The position numbers and the translations under genes are program-made. From Eledone cirrhosa (lineage: Eukaryota): a stretch of 64,000 bases of DNA. Below, piece by piece: positions 39,561 through 51,552 of this stretch. Under the pieces are notes generated by a model. The model searched no databases, was not told the DNA's origin, and saw only the letters and a list, made by a program, of their open reading frames with translations. The stretch's first letter is position 1. Every line of letters starts with the position of its first letter. Location: contig OZ024743.1 of the NCBI GenBank assembly GCA_964016885.1, positions 180,296,001 to 180,360,000 on the forward strand, read 5' to 3'.

Positions 39561-39562
<2 letters not shown>
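39316..39562. mobile_element. Short foldback pLTR-like element (181-bp palindrome plus ~65-bp tail) in (TA)n
   Basis: 39316..39496 is self-complementary. The tail CTAACTCGTCC...TTCTACCACTA also ends the copy at 45000..45160. Confidence 0.8.
39425..39462 (+). ncRNA. Minimal type I hammerhead motif (mirror copy at 39350..39387 minus)
   Basis: CGAG-CUGAGGA-UCC(GCUAA)GGU-GAAA-CAAUUG-UU-CUCG. Confidence 0.7.
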
Positions 39563-39591
<29 letters not shown>

Positions 39592-40349
39592 GAAAGAGTG
39601 TGGATGAGAAACTAATGAAAAAGAATAATCGACTTGTACATTATTTATTGATCTAGAAAAGATAAAAGGCAAGCTGGACTACGACAGGATTTTGAACTCA
39701 GAGCGTTGTGAGCTGGAACAAATACCGAGAAACCTTTTAATCTCACGTTCCTAACAACCGTGCCAATTCGCCATATAATATAATCGGCCACAAAATATGT
39801 GGCGTTCTGCCAATGTTACAACTCATTTAATTACTTCTCTTAGAGCATGATTTCATATCGCATCAAGATAGAGGTGGAATATTTGCCTTTTATCCATGTG
39901 AGAAGTGAGGAAATAAATATGTTTATTAGTGGTGCTTATTTCATAGACATATTTCGTCCTTATCACGTGCTTTTATTGCATACATGCGGCGGTCACACAA
40001 CTTCTCAGAGAGTCACAGGGACACCGTATTGACATACTGCGTTTATAAGCCATGTTTACACCTGGTGAAGCCCATCACCTCTCCAGGTCTGAATACAACA
40101 GATTTCTTCCAAAAAAAAAGATAGAGAGTGAGAGAATGGAAGTTAGAAAGAGATATAGAGGAAGAATCGACCCCAGTACTTGACTAGCACTTTTCTGACG
40201 ACCTTAAATGAATGAAAGACAAATTCGGCGCCTCCGTGCTGTTATTAGTATAAATGACGGTGTGTATAACTGTTCTTAGTGTCTAAATTATAGATATCAT
40301 CATCATCATCATCACCATCACCATCACCATCATCATCTTCCTCATTACT

Positions 40350-40560
40350 TTGGGCGTCGGACAACATGCTTTGCGGTATAGAGTTGTGTTCCTTTACGTT
40401 CTGAGTTCAAATTCCATCGAGGTTAGCTTTGTCTTTCATTCTTATGGGGTCTATAAAATAAAGTACCAGTAATGTACTGGGGTCGATGTAATCGACTTTC
40501 CCCCTTCACAAAAATTGCTGGCCTTGTGTCTATAGTAGAAATTATTATTATTGTTATTAT
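40350..40560 (+). mobile_element. SINE family 1
   Basis: TCTGAGTTCAAATTCC..GAGGTTAGCTTTG..AAAATAAAGTACCAGTAATG. Confidence 0.75.
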
Positions 40561-41019
40561 TATTTAGCCTATAATTGTTGAAAAGTAAATATGACATTGA
40601 TCTGGCTTTGAACTTTGAATATAAACTGATTTTATGAAATACCAAAAGTCATTTATTTCGGCACTCTATTGTTTCTGCTATCCATCGACCTTCTCATCTC
40701 ATCAGGTATTTATAATAAGCCACATATAGAGATATATTAAACGACTATGTAACAAGAAATACTATGATAAATGAAACAGAACGAGAGACTGTATGCAGAT
40801 AATTACTGAACATAATGAAATAGCTTAGCTAAAAATAAGAAGTTGTTGATTTCTGACATTTCTGTACGGTCGTTGGACATAAGAATCTATCATACGATTG
40901 TTCTAAAGAAATGTCTTTTGTAGTCTATCTACTTCAATCTTTAAATAGTTACAAAATGTAAGGTAGGAGAAGTAACACACCTCAGTGAATGTCATGGATT
41001 ATAGTAATACAGGTATATG

Positions 41020-41345
41020 GAATTGACCGCCGTCTGATTCGAAGTGGGTTACAAATGTTTAATCAACGGATAAGTTGCTAAACATTCCACTGATACGTCT
41101 ATATTTAACTTAAATCTCAAGAAAATTCGGTGTGACACAGTTTTTGTGATACGATTGGCCCTTTGAATTCGAGCTAGAGTCCATCGGGCAGGCTTCCAAA
41201 CAGTTTCCGTCTACACAGTTTTACTTACTAGTCATTGGGTCGTCTCGAGGTGTTAGTAAATGATACTTACCTAAAGGACCAGTCAGAGATATTGAGCCCT
41301 GTTCCTAATGTTTGCGAAGTGAATTCCTTAAACATTCGTCCAAGT
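41020..41345 (-). mobile_element. Decayed SINE-like repeat, third family
   Basis: GGCTTCC..ACAGTTTCCGTCTAC...ACTTACCTAAAGG pattern recalled from cephalopod SINEs; not verified. Confidence 0.4.
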
Positions 41346-42699
41346 TGTGTCCTCATTTCATGTATCCAAGTTACATACGGGATGACTTTCGTAAATAATT
41401 ATAAATGAAAATTTAAGCAATTCTCTAAATTGAAGGAAACTAAAATAACTAGTAACAGTTGATAACAACTTACAACATAAAAACAAAGGAACAAATGTCT
41501 TTAAATCGTTAGGAAATAATTTCAAAGAAAACTGAATTCTTATATTTGAGAAGAAAGTCTATTCTTTATTAAAAGGCATCTACTAGGTATTGCGAACGGT
41601 AGATAGTACCAGCATTTGAAAGACCAATGGAAATGTTGTTTCCTTGGTTCAATTTGACGAGTTCCACCCCACTCGGTAATTGAATGAGTTCTGAAATCAC
41701 AACCTACAGACATCTTCCAGTCTTATAAAATCTCATCAATATAGTATTCTTAACCCCGTTTTTATTAGTTGAAAAGGTTTCACAATAAACATTAATTACA
41801 TAGTTCAAACAGAACTAACTGATTCTTGGAGAATATTTTCTGCTGTGTAAATTCCTACCTATCGTCTCATCTTGTCAGATCCATTCGAGATTGTTCCTCT
41901 AGTTTCAGACTTTGATGATTGAGCCGATATATATCGTTTACTACAGAAGAGGAAACAGAAGAACGTGTTGACTCAGAAACTAGAGAGAAAAATAATGTTT
42001 TTGTTTCTTTTTTTTTTTTTTTTTTTTTTTTCTTTTTTTGTAAATGTGAATACTGAAACAGGTGGCTGTTACCTCTTTTCATAAGCAATCTTATTTTATT
42101 AAATACTTGTTTTAGAATTCCTGTATAGTGAGCAATGTAAGTTATCTCATTTTAAGCTAGATCTAAGATTCATGGGTATTCTTATTTTCATTATAGAGCC
42201 AATATGAAATATTTAATTGTTTTAAATTAGATGAAATTAAGATTGTATTACAATTATTTCTTATCTAAACTATAATCACAATGCTTGCTCTTTAGAGAGA
42301 TGTACGGATATCTTTTTACATTTTTACAGTGAATTAGGGTACTTAACCATGTTGAAACTTAAGATTTCAGTTTTTCACAACAAAAGAAAAATATTTTCAA
42401 CTGAATTGATCAGATTATTAATATCTCATAAAACCTCAAATACCAATTAAACTTCTAACGTGAAGTTTTTACAGAACATTTTTAACTTGCACTGTGTAAT
42501 GTTAACTCAGTTAGATGTAAAAGATAATAACAATTCATTTCATGTAGTTTATAAAACCGAATAAGCTTTTAAATTTTTATAGCATTTATTTATTTCCTTA
42601 AATCTCTTTTCGCTATGTGTGAGTGTATCAAATATTCTCTTTTGTGTGCCTAACCTTTGCCAATAAAAGTTTGACACATAATTATAATCATGTTTTTAA

Positions 42700-44326
42700 A
42701 GAAGTAGGAGAGAGTGGTTCGTAGATATCTTAATCAAAATGTTATGGTAGGGGTTTTATTATACTGGTTACTTTTGGAGAGATGCGTTGATAGTTAAGGT
42801 CGGAATTATTTATTGCCCCAGAGGGCAGGTTCATAGATGTGGAGAGGGAGGTAGGCCTAAGGAGAGAGAGAGAGTGTGTAATGGATGTAGAGAGAGAGGT
42901 AGAGAGGGGACAGACTAAGTTTATATGGTGAGTGAACTTTGGGTTTGTAGTAGTAATCTATGAATTGCACTGGGTTACCATTTATAGTGATAAGCAGTGT
43001 ATTGTCTTGTAGTGTGGAGGAAGAGAAGGTGGTTAGCTAGAAAGCGATGTTATAGTTACGGGTTCGAATGTTAAGTTATTTTATAGTGAGAGAATTTAGC
43101 TTTTAGTTTGTGGTTGCAGTATAATGATCGTTCAATTCTCTCGTTAAGTAGTTTGTTTTGGGATTTTAATATGTAAAAGAGTTCAAGGTTACATAACCTG
43201 CAGTACTTCAATCCACTCCGATATGCACTTGCGCTGGAAAGTATATCCCATTTTAAGGTGAACTGTTGGTTGCGTTCACGGAGTTGCCAGGTCTTGTTGG
43301 CGAGCGTGGTCACAAAACGGTGATTAGGATGTTTGATTGAGAATCGATTACGGTACCAGCGAGATTTAAACGAACTTTAAACTCCGTGAACGCAACCAAC
43401 AGTTCACCTTAAAATGGAATATATAACCTTGAACTCTTTTACATATTAAAATCCAAAAACAAACTACTTAACGAGAGAATTGAACGATCATTATACTGCA
43501 ACCACAAACTAAAAGCTAAATTCTCTCACTATAAAATAACTTAACATTGGAACCCGTAACTATAACATCGCTTTCTAGCTAACCACCTTCTCTTCCCCCA
43601 CACTACAAGACAATACACTGCTTATCACTATAAATGGTAACCCAGTGCAATTCATAGATTACTACTACAAACCCAAAGTTCACTCACCATATAAACTTAG
43701 TCTGTCCCCTCTCTACCTCTCTCTCTACATCCATTACACACTCTCTCTCTCTCCTTAGGCCTACCTCCCTCTCCACATCTATGAACCTGCCCTCTGGGGC
43801 AATAAATAATTCCGACCTTAACTATCAACGCATCTCTCCAGAAGTAACCAGTATAATAAAACCCCTACCATAACATTTTGATTAAGATATCTACAAACCA
43901 CTCTCTCCTACTTCTCCAACCCCTGCATATCTTTCTCTCTCTCTCCCTCTCCCCTACTTTTCTCTCTTCCTTTTCTACTCTATCTTCCCCAACAACCCCA
44001 CTTAAGGGTATTTACATTGTACAATTTACCATTCTGCTCTGGGGATACAGTGGTCACAGCATTGGATATTTGAGTTCTGCAAATACTTGTACATTTGCAG
44101 ATAGCATAACTAGGCTGTAGTACCACCGTGGAAACATTTGTAAGCACACGGAATAAATTACCTTTTTTGATGTCTACCTGTTATTATTCATTCTTTATAT
44201 ACACTCCGGAATACAGAAGGATCAGGAACTAAGTTTCTTCAACAACTCGTAGAGTAACCGCTCACCGTACGTCAACCATATCCAGTGTAGTAATTAACCA
44301 GTACTACATATTGGGTAATCCTATAC

Positions 44327-44330
<4 letters not shown>
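42700..44330. mobile_element. PLE-E: foldback of the 3' end of a PLE-D-related element
   Basis: Minus arm 42700..43375 encodes FKSRWYR...LKWDILSSASAYRSGLKYCRLCNLELFYILK...CNH. Plus arm 43380..43915 is its reverse complement (with a ~47-bp deletion) and continues to a 3' end at ~44330 in (TA)n. Confidence 0.85.
44035..44146 (+). ncRNA. Hammerhead motif with long stem II, core A6->G (PLE-E pLTR)
   Basis: UGCU-CUGGGGA-UACAGUGGU...ACCACCGUG-GAAA-CAUUUG-UA-AGCA. Confidence 0.6.
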
Positions 44331-44388
<58 letters not shown>

Positions 44389-44608
44389 TATATACATATA
44401 TATATATATATACATATATATATACATATATATATATATATAAATATATATATATATAAATATATATATATTATATAAATGTATATATATACATTTATAT
44501 ATATTTAAAAGTTAAACAAGGTTCAATGAATAAATCGAAGAATGAGTTTTACAATAGATTGACTGAATCTTAACTATATACTATGTCAGGGTATGTCATG
44601 CATCATCT

Positions 44609-44675
44609 TATTTTATCTGATGAGGACGTACTGTTGAACTTAACTCAGTCCCTCTGAAATATGTATAATGAAATA
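44609..44675 (+). ncRNA. Type I hammerhead motif related to the PLE-A type, in an orphan pLTR fragment
   Basis: UAUUUUAU-CUGAUGA-GGAC...GUCC-CUCU-GAAA-UAUGUA-UA-AUGAAAUA. Confidence 0.6.
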
Positions 44676-44953
44676 TACTTGATCACAAGAATATCTATTT
44701 TGTTAATATTTTGAATTAATATATATATATATATGTATATATGCACACGTATATATATATATATATATATATGCACACATATATGTGTATATATGTTATT
44801 AATTCTGGCAATATTATTACAACAATATGATCCTCCCGAGGTATAACAATATATATATATATATACACACATTTATACTATATATATAATATATATATAT
44901 ATATAGACACATTTATACTATATATATATATATATATATAGACACATTTATAC

Positions 44954-44999
<46 letters not shown>

Positions 45000-45002
<3 letters not shown>

Positions 45003-45160
45003 AGTGGTTACACAACAGTTAGTTCACCATAACGAGAACAATTGTTTCACCTTGTTCTCGGTATGGTGAACTAACTGTTGTGTAACCACTTCTACCTAAC
45101 TCGTCCCATGGACTGAGTGCTCTACCACTACGGATATTACCATCGAGTGTTCTACCACTA
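45000..45160. mobile_element. Second, shorter foldback copy of the 39316 family
   Basis: AGAAGTGGTTACAC...AACAATTGTTTCACC joined to TTGTTCTCGG...CACTTCTA plus the same tail. Confidence 0.8.
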
Positions 45161-45171
45161 TATATATATAC

Positions 45172-45267
<96 letters not shown>

Positions 45268-46837
45268 AATGGCGTGCTGCGTGGTTGCACATGGGTTACA
45301 TATGAATACATTTAAAGATCATATACCTCTGGTTGGTGCGAGCAATAGCTAAAGAAAGTTATTGGGACACGTGAAATAGGGTGAACTGAGCGAGACATGT
45401 AAACAAACAAAGATTGTAATGCAACGGAAAGATAGGAAGAGGGGAAAACAAGTCCGTGATATCTGTGAACTTAAGTTCTGTGAAATCATAGACGAGGATA
45501 GATACAGACCATCCGAGCTGTGTGAGATGTGAGCGAGAAAAGGATTTCACACAGGTCAAACGGGAAGAAGTGAGAGAGAGGGAGAAGCAGAGAGAGAGAG
45601 TAAGTGAAAATGTGAGCAAGAGGCCAGCGGAGAGAGAGAGTGACTGGTAAAGGGGTTAAAAGAAGGTGAGAGATACAGAGAAAGGAGAAGCAGTAAGATA
45701 GAAACAGACAGGTCGCAGCGGAGGAAAAAATATAAATATATGAAAAATGGCGTGCTGCGTTTTTGCACATGGGTTACATATGAATAAAATTAGTCCTTCA
45801 TCAGTGATCTTCCAGCCTTCATTGGTATTTCTTTGCTTTAAAGATCATATACCTCTAGTTGGTGCGAGCAATAACTAAAGAAAGTTATTGGGATACGTAA
45901 AATAGGGTGAAGCGAGCGAGACATGTAAACAACCAAATATATATATATGCAAAGAGAGAGAGAAAGAATATAAAGTGATATTTTTTGTTTATGGGTTAAC
46001 AAGACGGCTTTAATGTGATTTATATTTCGATACATTTTTTCAATGTTACAAATGTACGGTGTAAACAATATTTACACATGAGAACACTAGTTCTATATCT
46101 TGAAGTGGGTTATACGTAGTTCTTATTAAATGGATTTAGTAATACTCTATATTAATTGTACCGAGAAATTAGATTGAAAAGTTTTACATTGCATTTGTAC
46201 CATTGCATGATTGGGATTAATTGTTCATATAATTAAATATACCACATCATTCTCAATAATACAGTCTACGAAGAGATAACGTATTTGTGTTCCTACATTA
46301 TGGATATTGTCACAATAAATACATTTCTCAGTGGCTCTCAAGAACAGAATTTAATTATCACTTTCTCTCGTAACATCGACCAAAATGTCATATAAAGTTT
46401 GATTAATCACAAATCCCAATGTTCCATTAATTATATGTCATTATAGTTTATAACTGCTTCAATCTATTTATCTTCATTAATATTGAGTCAAAAGTATTAA
46501 TTGCTTGGATGTGTATTGTCGTATCGTTATTATTAGCTGTTATGTTTAAAAGGCTATTTCATTATTGATAGTTGTTGTTATTAAAGACACTGCTTTACAT
46601 AAATATTTTTTAATGGATTCGTTAGTTATCCAGAGCTCTGCTACTTTCTCTCCTTCTCTTTCTCACTTCCTCTCTCTCACTTTCTGTCCTTCTTTTGGGA
46701 AGATTTGCTGTAATCAGACGTGAAGAGGGATGGGTTCCGCCAAGCTTTAACTGCCCAAGAAATACACTATGTCAATATGGAGTCCCCGTGACTCTATTAA
46801 GAGATACGAGGCTATCCCATACCATACACCATACTAT

Positions 46838-46995
46838 AGGCGGCGAATTGGCAAAGTTAGAACGTCGGATAGTATGCTTTGCGGTATTGGTGCCGGGTCT
46901 CTGTACTCTCAGTTCAAATGCTACCGGGGTCAAGTTAGTCTTTCATCTTTTCGATGTCAATAAAAAAATTACCAGTATAGCACTGGTATCGATTC
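46838..46995 (+). mobile_element. SINE family 1 (diverged)
   Basis: GGCGGCGAATTGGCA...CAGTTCAAAT...CTTTCATCTTTTCGATGTCAATAAAA...TACCAGT. Confidence 0.65.
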
Positions 46996-47290
46996 TTCCT
47001 CTATATCTCTTTTTCACTTCCTCTCTCTCACTGAAAGAAATCTGCAGACCTGGAGAGAGATAATATATGCAGACTCCGGTATCGAAACGGAAGAGACCAT
47101 ATATTAGGGGAGTACTCAGTGCATGGGAAGTAGCAAATTATGTATAGAGGGAGGTAAAATCATTGCGGCGATGTCTAGCTGTTTCGGCAAGCCTTTGCAA
47201 GGGTGTACTTTCCAAGGGGCTATACCCTTAGAAAGGCTTGACGAATACAACCTGAAACCGCTAAGCGTCACGGTCGAGGTTGTACCTCCC

Positions 47291-47321
<31 letters not shown>

Positions 47322-47365
47322 AGTATATATATATATATACATACATACATATGTGTGTATGTGTG

Positions 47366-47411
<46 letters not shown>

Positions 47412-47903
47412 CGTATTGAGATAGAGAGAGAAGGTTAGTTGATGTGTAATAACAATTATTACCAAAGGTACTCAATACATTTATGTGAGTTGGATATTTG
47501 TTATTTAAATGTGGAAATTGCTACCATCACTCGTTTGGTGTTCGCAGAAGTTGCAAAATCTTTTATTCGTAATCACACGCAACGCCTGATTACGAATAAT
47601 ATATCTTGCATTGGAGTTTCGATCTTTCATTTGTAATGTGTGTGTGTGTGTGTGTGTTTGCGTGTGTTTATGTGTGTACGGCTTTGAGTGTGTATTTGTG
47701 TTTCTGTGTTTGTATGAGCGTGTGTCTGTGTGTTTGTGTGTGTGTATGCGTGTGAGTGCAGACAAATGGAAAATGTTGTGTGTGTGCTCGCACGTATGTA
47801 CGAGAGAGATTGCGAGTAGATAAAGAGAGAGACACGGTGTCAGAGAGAGACAGAGAGATAGAGAGAGGGGGAAATGGAGAGAGAGAGAGAGAAAGAGACA
47901 GAT

Positions 47904-47934
<31 letters not shown>

Positions 47935-48716
47935 GAGAGACACAGATACGGAGACAGAGAGAAGAACAGAGAGAGACACGGAGAGAGACACACAGACAGA
48001 GAGAGACAGAGAGATATAAAAGGTTGTAGTAGTGTATATTATAAGATTTCTATCCACATTGTATTACTGTACATCAAAACAGTTTTATTTCTTCCAATCT
48101 CAAGTCAACAGACTTTATCATCAACTGATAGATGCCTATGGTCACGAATAACAATATAATTTTCTGCATATATGTGTCCTGGTGTGTTTCAATATAAATA
48201 TATACGTTATTCATTTGCATTAACGAGATGTTGGAAGCAGGATTATAATAACCTTCATTTGTGTTTATTCAAAACGAAGAAACCTCCATTTCTACATATT
48301 GCTATACGTACAAAACAACACAGTTTGACTCATGTTTTATAATTCTTAATTTCTGACACTATAGAGGGAAATAAACAGACATAAATCCCAGAATATAATG
48401 TAGCTGTCAACACCTATATTTTAATAATGCAAGAATTCTTTGAAATAAGCTGAATTTCTTTGACATCTGTCTCTTCAGCTGAACTCGCTAATAATCAAGT
48501 GACAGCCAAGAAATTCACCATCACTTCATCTTTTTATAGATCAATCTTGCGAACTAAACATTAATTCCTATAAACCAGCTTCTATAAGTAGCATATATAC
48601 GACACACGGTGAATAATTATATAGTCTGTTCACATATGACTGATTTACCAATGAAGTAATTCTTCCATACGATACATTAATTGTAAGAAAATCTCTCGCT
48701 CTGTATCACAGATATC

Positions 48717-48985
48717 TACGAGAGGTGTTGAAAGGTTTCTGGCTAGGGGTATCGCGAAAGTGTAGAGCTATAACTTTACATGGTGTGCTAGGACCACTGC
48801 AATAAGCGTGTGAATCTGGGAACGGATATGTTTAATAAAATCATAATTAACTGATCCACATGTATTTTCTTTTAACTGATCTACCTGTATTTTCTTTTAA
48901 CTCATCCACCTGTATCTTCTTTTAACTGATCCCCTGTATTTTATTTCACAGAAAACCAGAAACTTTTCACCCCCCCCCCCCCCCT
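48717..48985. mobile_element. Mariner-like MITE with an internal ~24-bp tandem repeat
   Basis: Imperfect TIRs GTTGAAAGGTTTCTGG / CCAGAAACTTTTCAC; AACTGATCCACCTGTATTTTCTTTT-like unit x4 at 48850..48945. Confidence 0.5.
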
Positions 48986-49340
48986 TAATTTGTAATTCAT
49001 TAAAGACAACTTCCTTAATGACTTCAATGTTCGCAATTCCTCCGACATTGTTAACGTCGAAACCGAATCTGTTACCATTTTGAACTCTCTGCATCAGTTA
49101 ATATCTCTACCTAGTCTCTATCAAAGCAACATACGCTCCAAACTCAGCTGTTCTTTTACAAACGTCCAAATCCAACATTTACCTATCTACCATGCCGCTG
49201 GAACTATCCTACCGTTCGACCACTTACAAATACATACCACATATTATTTGCATCGCTATACTCCGGACATCTTTAGTACAAAACGGTCGAAGCAAGGTGT
49301 GTTTTATTTAAGAACACAATGCGTCACTCGGTCTAAGTAT

Positions 49341-50838
49341 TTTCTAAGGCGGGTAAAATTCCCGAGATCCATGGACGAGTTCTCTCCAGCGGTCTCTGTC
49401 CCTCATTATCGCTGCCATGTCCTGCGTCTCCAACAGACCAGTGTCTGTCCTTAGGACATCAACATACGTTAACCTTGGTCTTCCTCTTCTAGTGTGTCCA
49501 TGTAGGGGCTCCCAAAGAAGCACTGAGTGCAATGTCAACTCTGGATGTCGGTGAGCATGTCCAGCTAACCTCAGTCTCCTCTCTGTCACTTTTGAGCTGA
49601 CTTTTGGGATGCTCCCATACAGCTCTGAGTTTTTCATCCTCAGTGTATACTGATTAATGTTCAGAGCCATCCTCAACATTCTCGTGTAGCACCCATCCAC
49701 CATCTGAGTGAATTTCTTGGTCAGTGTCCAAGTCTCAGACCCATACAGCAGCACAGACTCCACTGCAGCAATGAAGAGGCAGACTTTCAGGTCTCTACGA
49801 AGGTCCGACTTCCACACCGATCTCAAGCTGTGGCACGCCGCCCAGGCCTTGCTCTCCCTCTCAACCACATCATCTTCCGTATTCCCAATCTTTGCTCCCA
49901 AATAGAGCCAAGAAGAGGATCAAGGAGGGCAAGGCTCATGGAGAAGATGGAGTGGCATCAGAGGTGATGAAGAGGTGTGATTTTGATGATATCATCCTGG
50001 GGTTCTGTAACGGGGCTTTGGAGAAGAGAGTTGCCCCGAATCAGTGGAGGATCAGTAACATCGTCCCAGTGCCAAATAAGGGAGATCTCTCTAACACCAA
50101 CAACTACAGGGGGATCTCACTGACGTCACTTGTGGCAAAGACCCTCAACAGGATGATTCTTAACAGGATCCAGCCTGAGATGGAGAAGAAGCTCAGGGAC
50201 AACCAGAACGGATTCAGAGAGGGTACATCAACCACCAGTCACATCCTGATGCTGAGGAGGATATTAGAGGGAGCCAGAGCAAAGTGCCTTCCTGCGGTCA
50301 TGGTTTTCATTGACTTTAGGAAGGCCTTTGATTCTGTGGACCGTTACTGCCTGATGAAGATCTTACAGGCTTATGGAAACCCCAAGAAGATAGTGGACCT
50401 GATATCACTGCTCTACACCAACACCAAAGCCCAAGTCATTACACCTGATGGGATGACAGAGTTCTTTGAGATACTGGCTGGAGTGCTCCAGGGAGATACA
50501 TTGGCTCCCTACCTTTTTATCATCGTAGTGGACTATTGTATGCGCCTTGCACTGAATAAATACCAGGACTCTGGCTTTACTGTAGCACCGGCTCAGAGCA
50601 GGAGAGTTAGGGTGAAAAGGGTATCGGATGCTGAATTTGCCGACGACATAGTTTTGGTGACAAATACAGTGAAGGAGGCAGAGGATTTGATGCGGGAGGT
50701 TGAGACTGTGTCGATGAGTGTGGGGCTGTGAATGAATGAGACTAAAACAAAATATCTGGTAGAGAATGTTGAGAAGCCAGAGGGGATCACTAATGTAGGC
50801 GGGAAGCCGCTAGAATTGGTTGAGGGCTTCCTGTATTT
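49341..50838 (-). mobile_element. RTE-clade LINE, 5'-truncated with twin-priming inversion
   Basis: Minus 49344..49903 is the C-terminus (LLYGSETWTL, RLRLAGH, RRGRPRLTY). Plus 49904..50838 is the upstream RT (NYRGISL, FIDFRKAFDSV, GVLQGDTLAPYLF, FADD). TSD GGTCTAAGTAT at 49330-40 and 50839-49. Confidence 0.92.
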
Positions 50839-50845
50839 GGTCTAA

Positions 50846-50888
<43 letters not shown>

Positions 50889-50889
<1 letters not shown>

Positions 50890-51371
50890 GTATGTATAGT
50901 ATGTTTGATAATATACTGTATATTTAATTAAAGACATTTTGAAGTAGTCACTATGTCAGTTACTTAATTCCCGGCAAAGGCAAATGGGAGTAATCGACAG
51001 TCCTGTTTCAAGCACGTTAGTGGTTATCAAGACTACTTACCCCTCCGCTTCTGTCGAGAGTTATATAAGATGGATTCTTATAGAATTTCAGTAATGTTTA
51101 AGAGCTGATTAGACAGAGTGGTTGCCGATCCAACAAAAATCTTGGCAGAAGCGAAGGGGTAAATAGTTTTGATAACTGATAACGAGCGAGAAACAAGACT
51201 GTTGATTACATCCCTTTGCTTTTGCCGAGAATAAGTAAGTGACATAATCACTACTTTAAAATTGATAGCGAATGGTCTTCAAAATGGTTTTAAATAAATA
51301 TACAGTATATTATCAAATATACTATACATACATTCTTATATACATCGCTATTTCAGAGCACGAATACTAAT
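50889..51371 (+). mobile_element. Non-coding ~450-nt imperfect hairpin element (same family as 22071..22509)
   Basis: GGCAAAGGCAAA/TTTGCTTTTGCC and TTACCCCTCCGCTTCTG/CAGAAGCGAAGGGGTAA arms; tail CGCTATTTCAGAGCAC. Confidence 0.65.
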
Positions 51372-51393
51372 ACACACACACGCGCGTGCGCAC

Positions 51394-51434
<41 letters not shown>

Positions 51435-51443
51435 CACACGCAC

Positions 51444-51508
<65 letters not shown>

Positions 51509-51552
51509 ATAAGGTTATTTAATAAGGTTACGTTTTCGAGACAATTTATTTA

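Noticed and set aside
49005-49260. Possible decayed LINE endonuclease relic (NDFNV...LHQLI)
   Set aside because: Too degenerate to support by eye.
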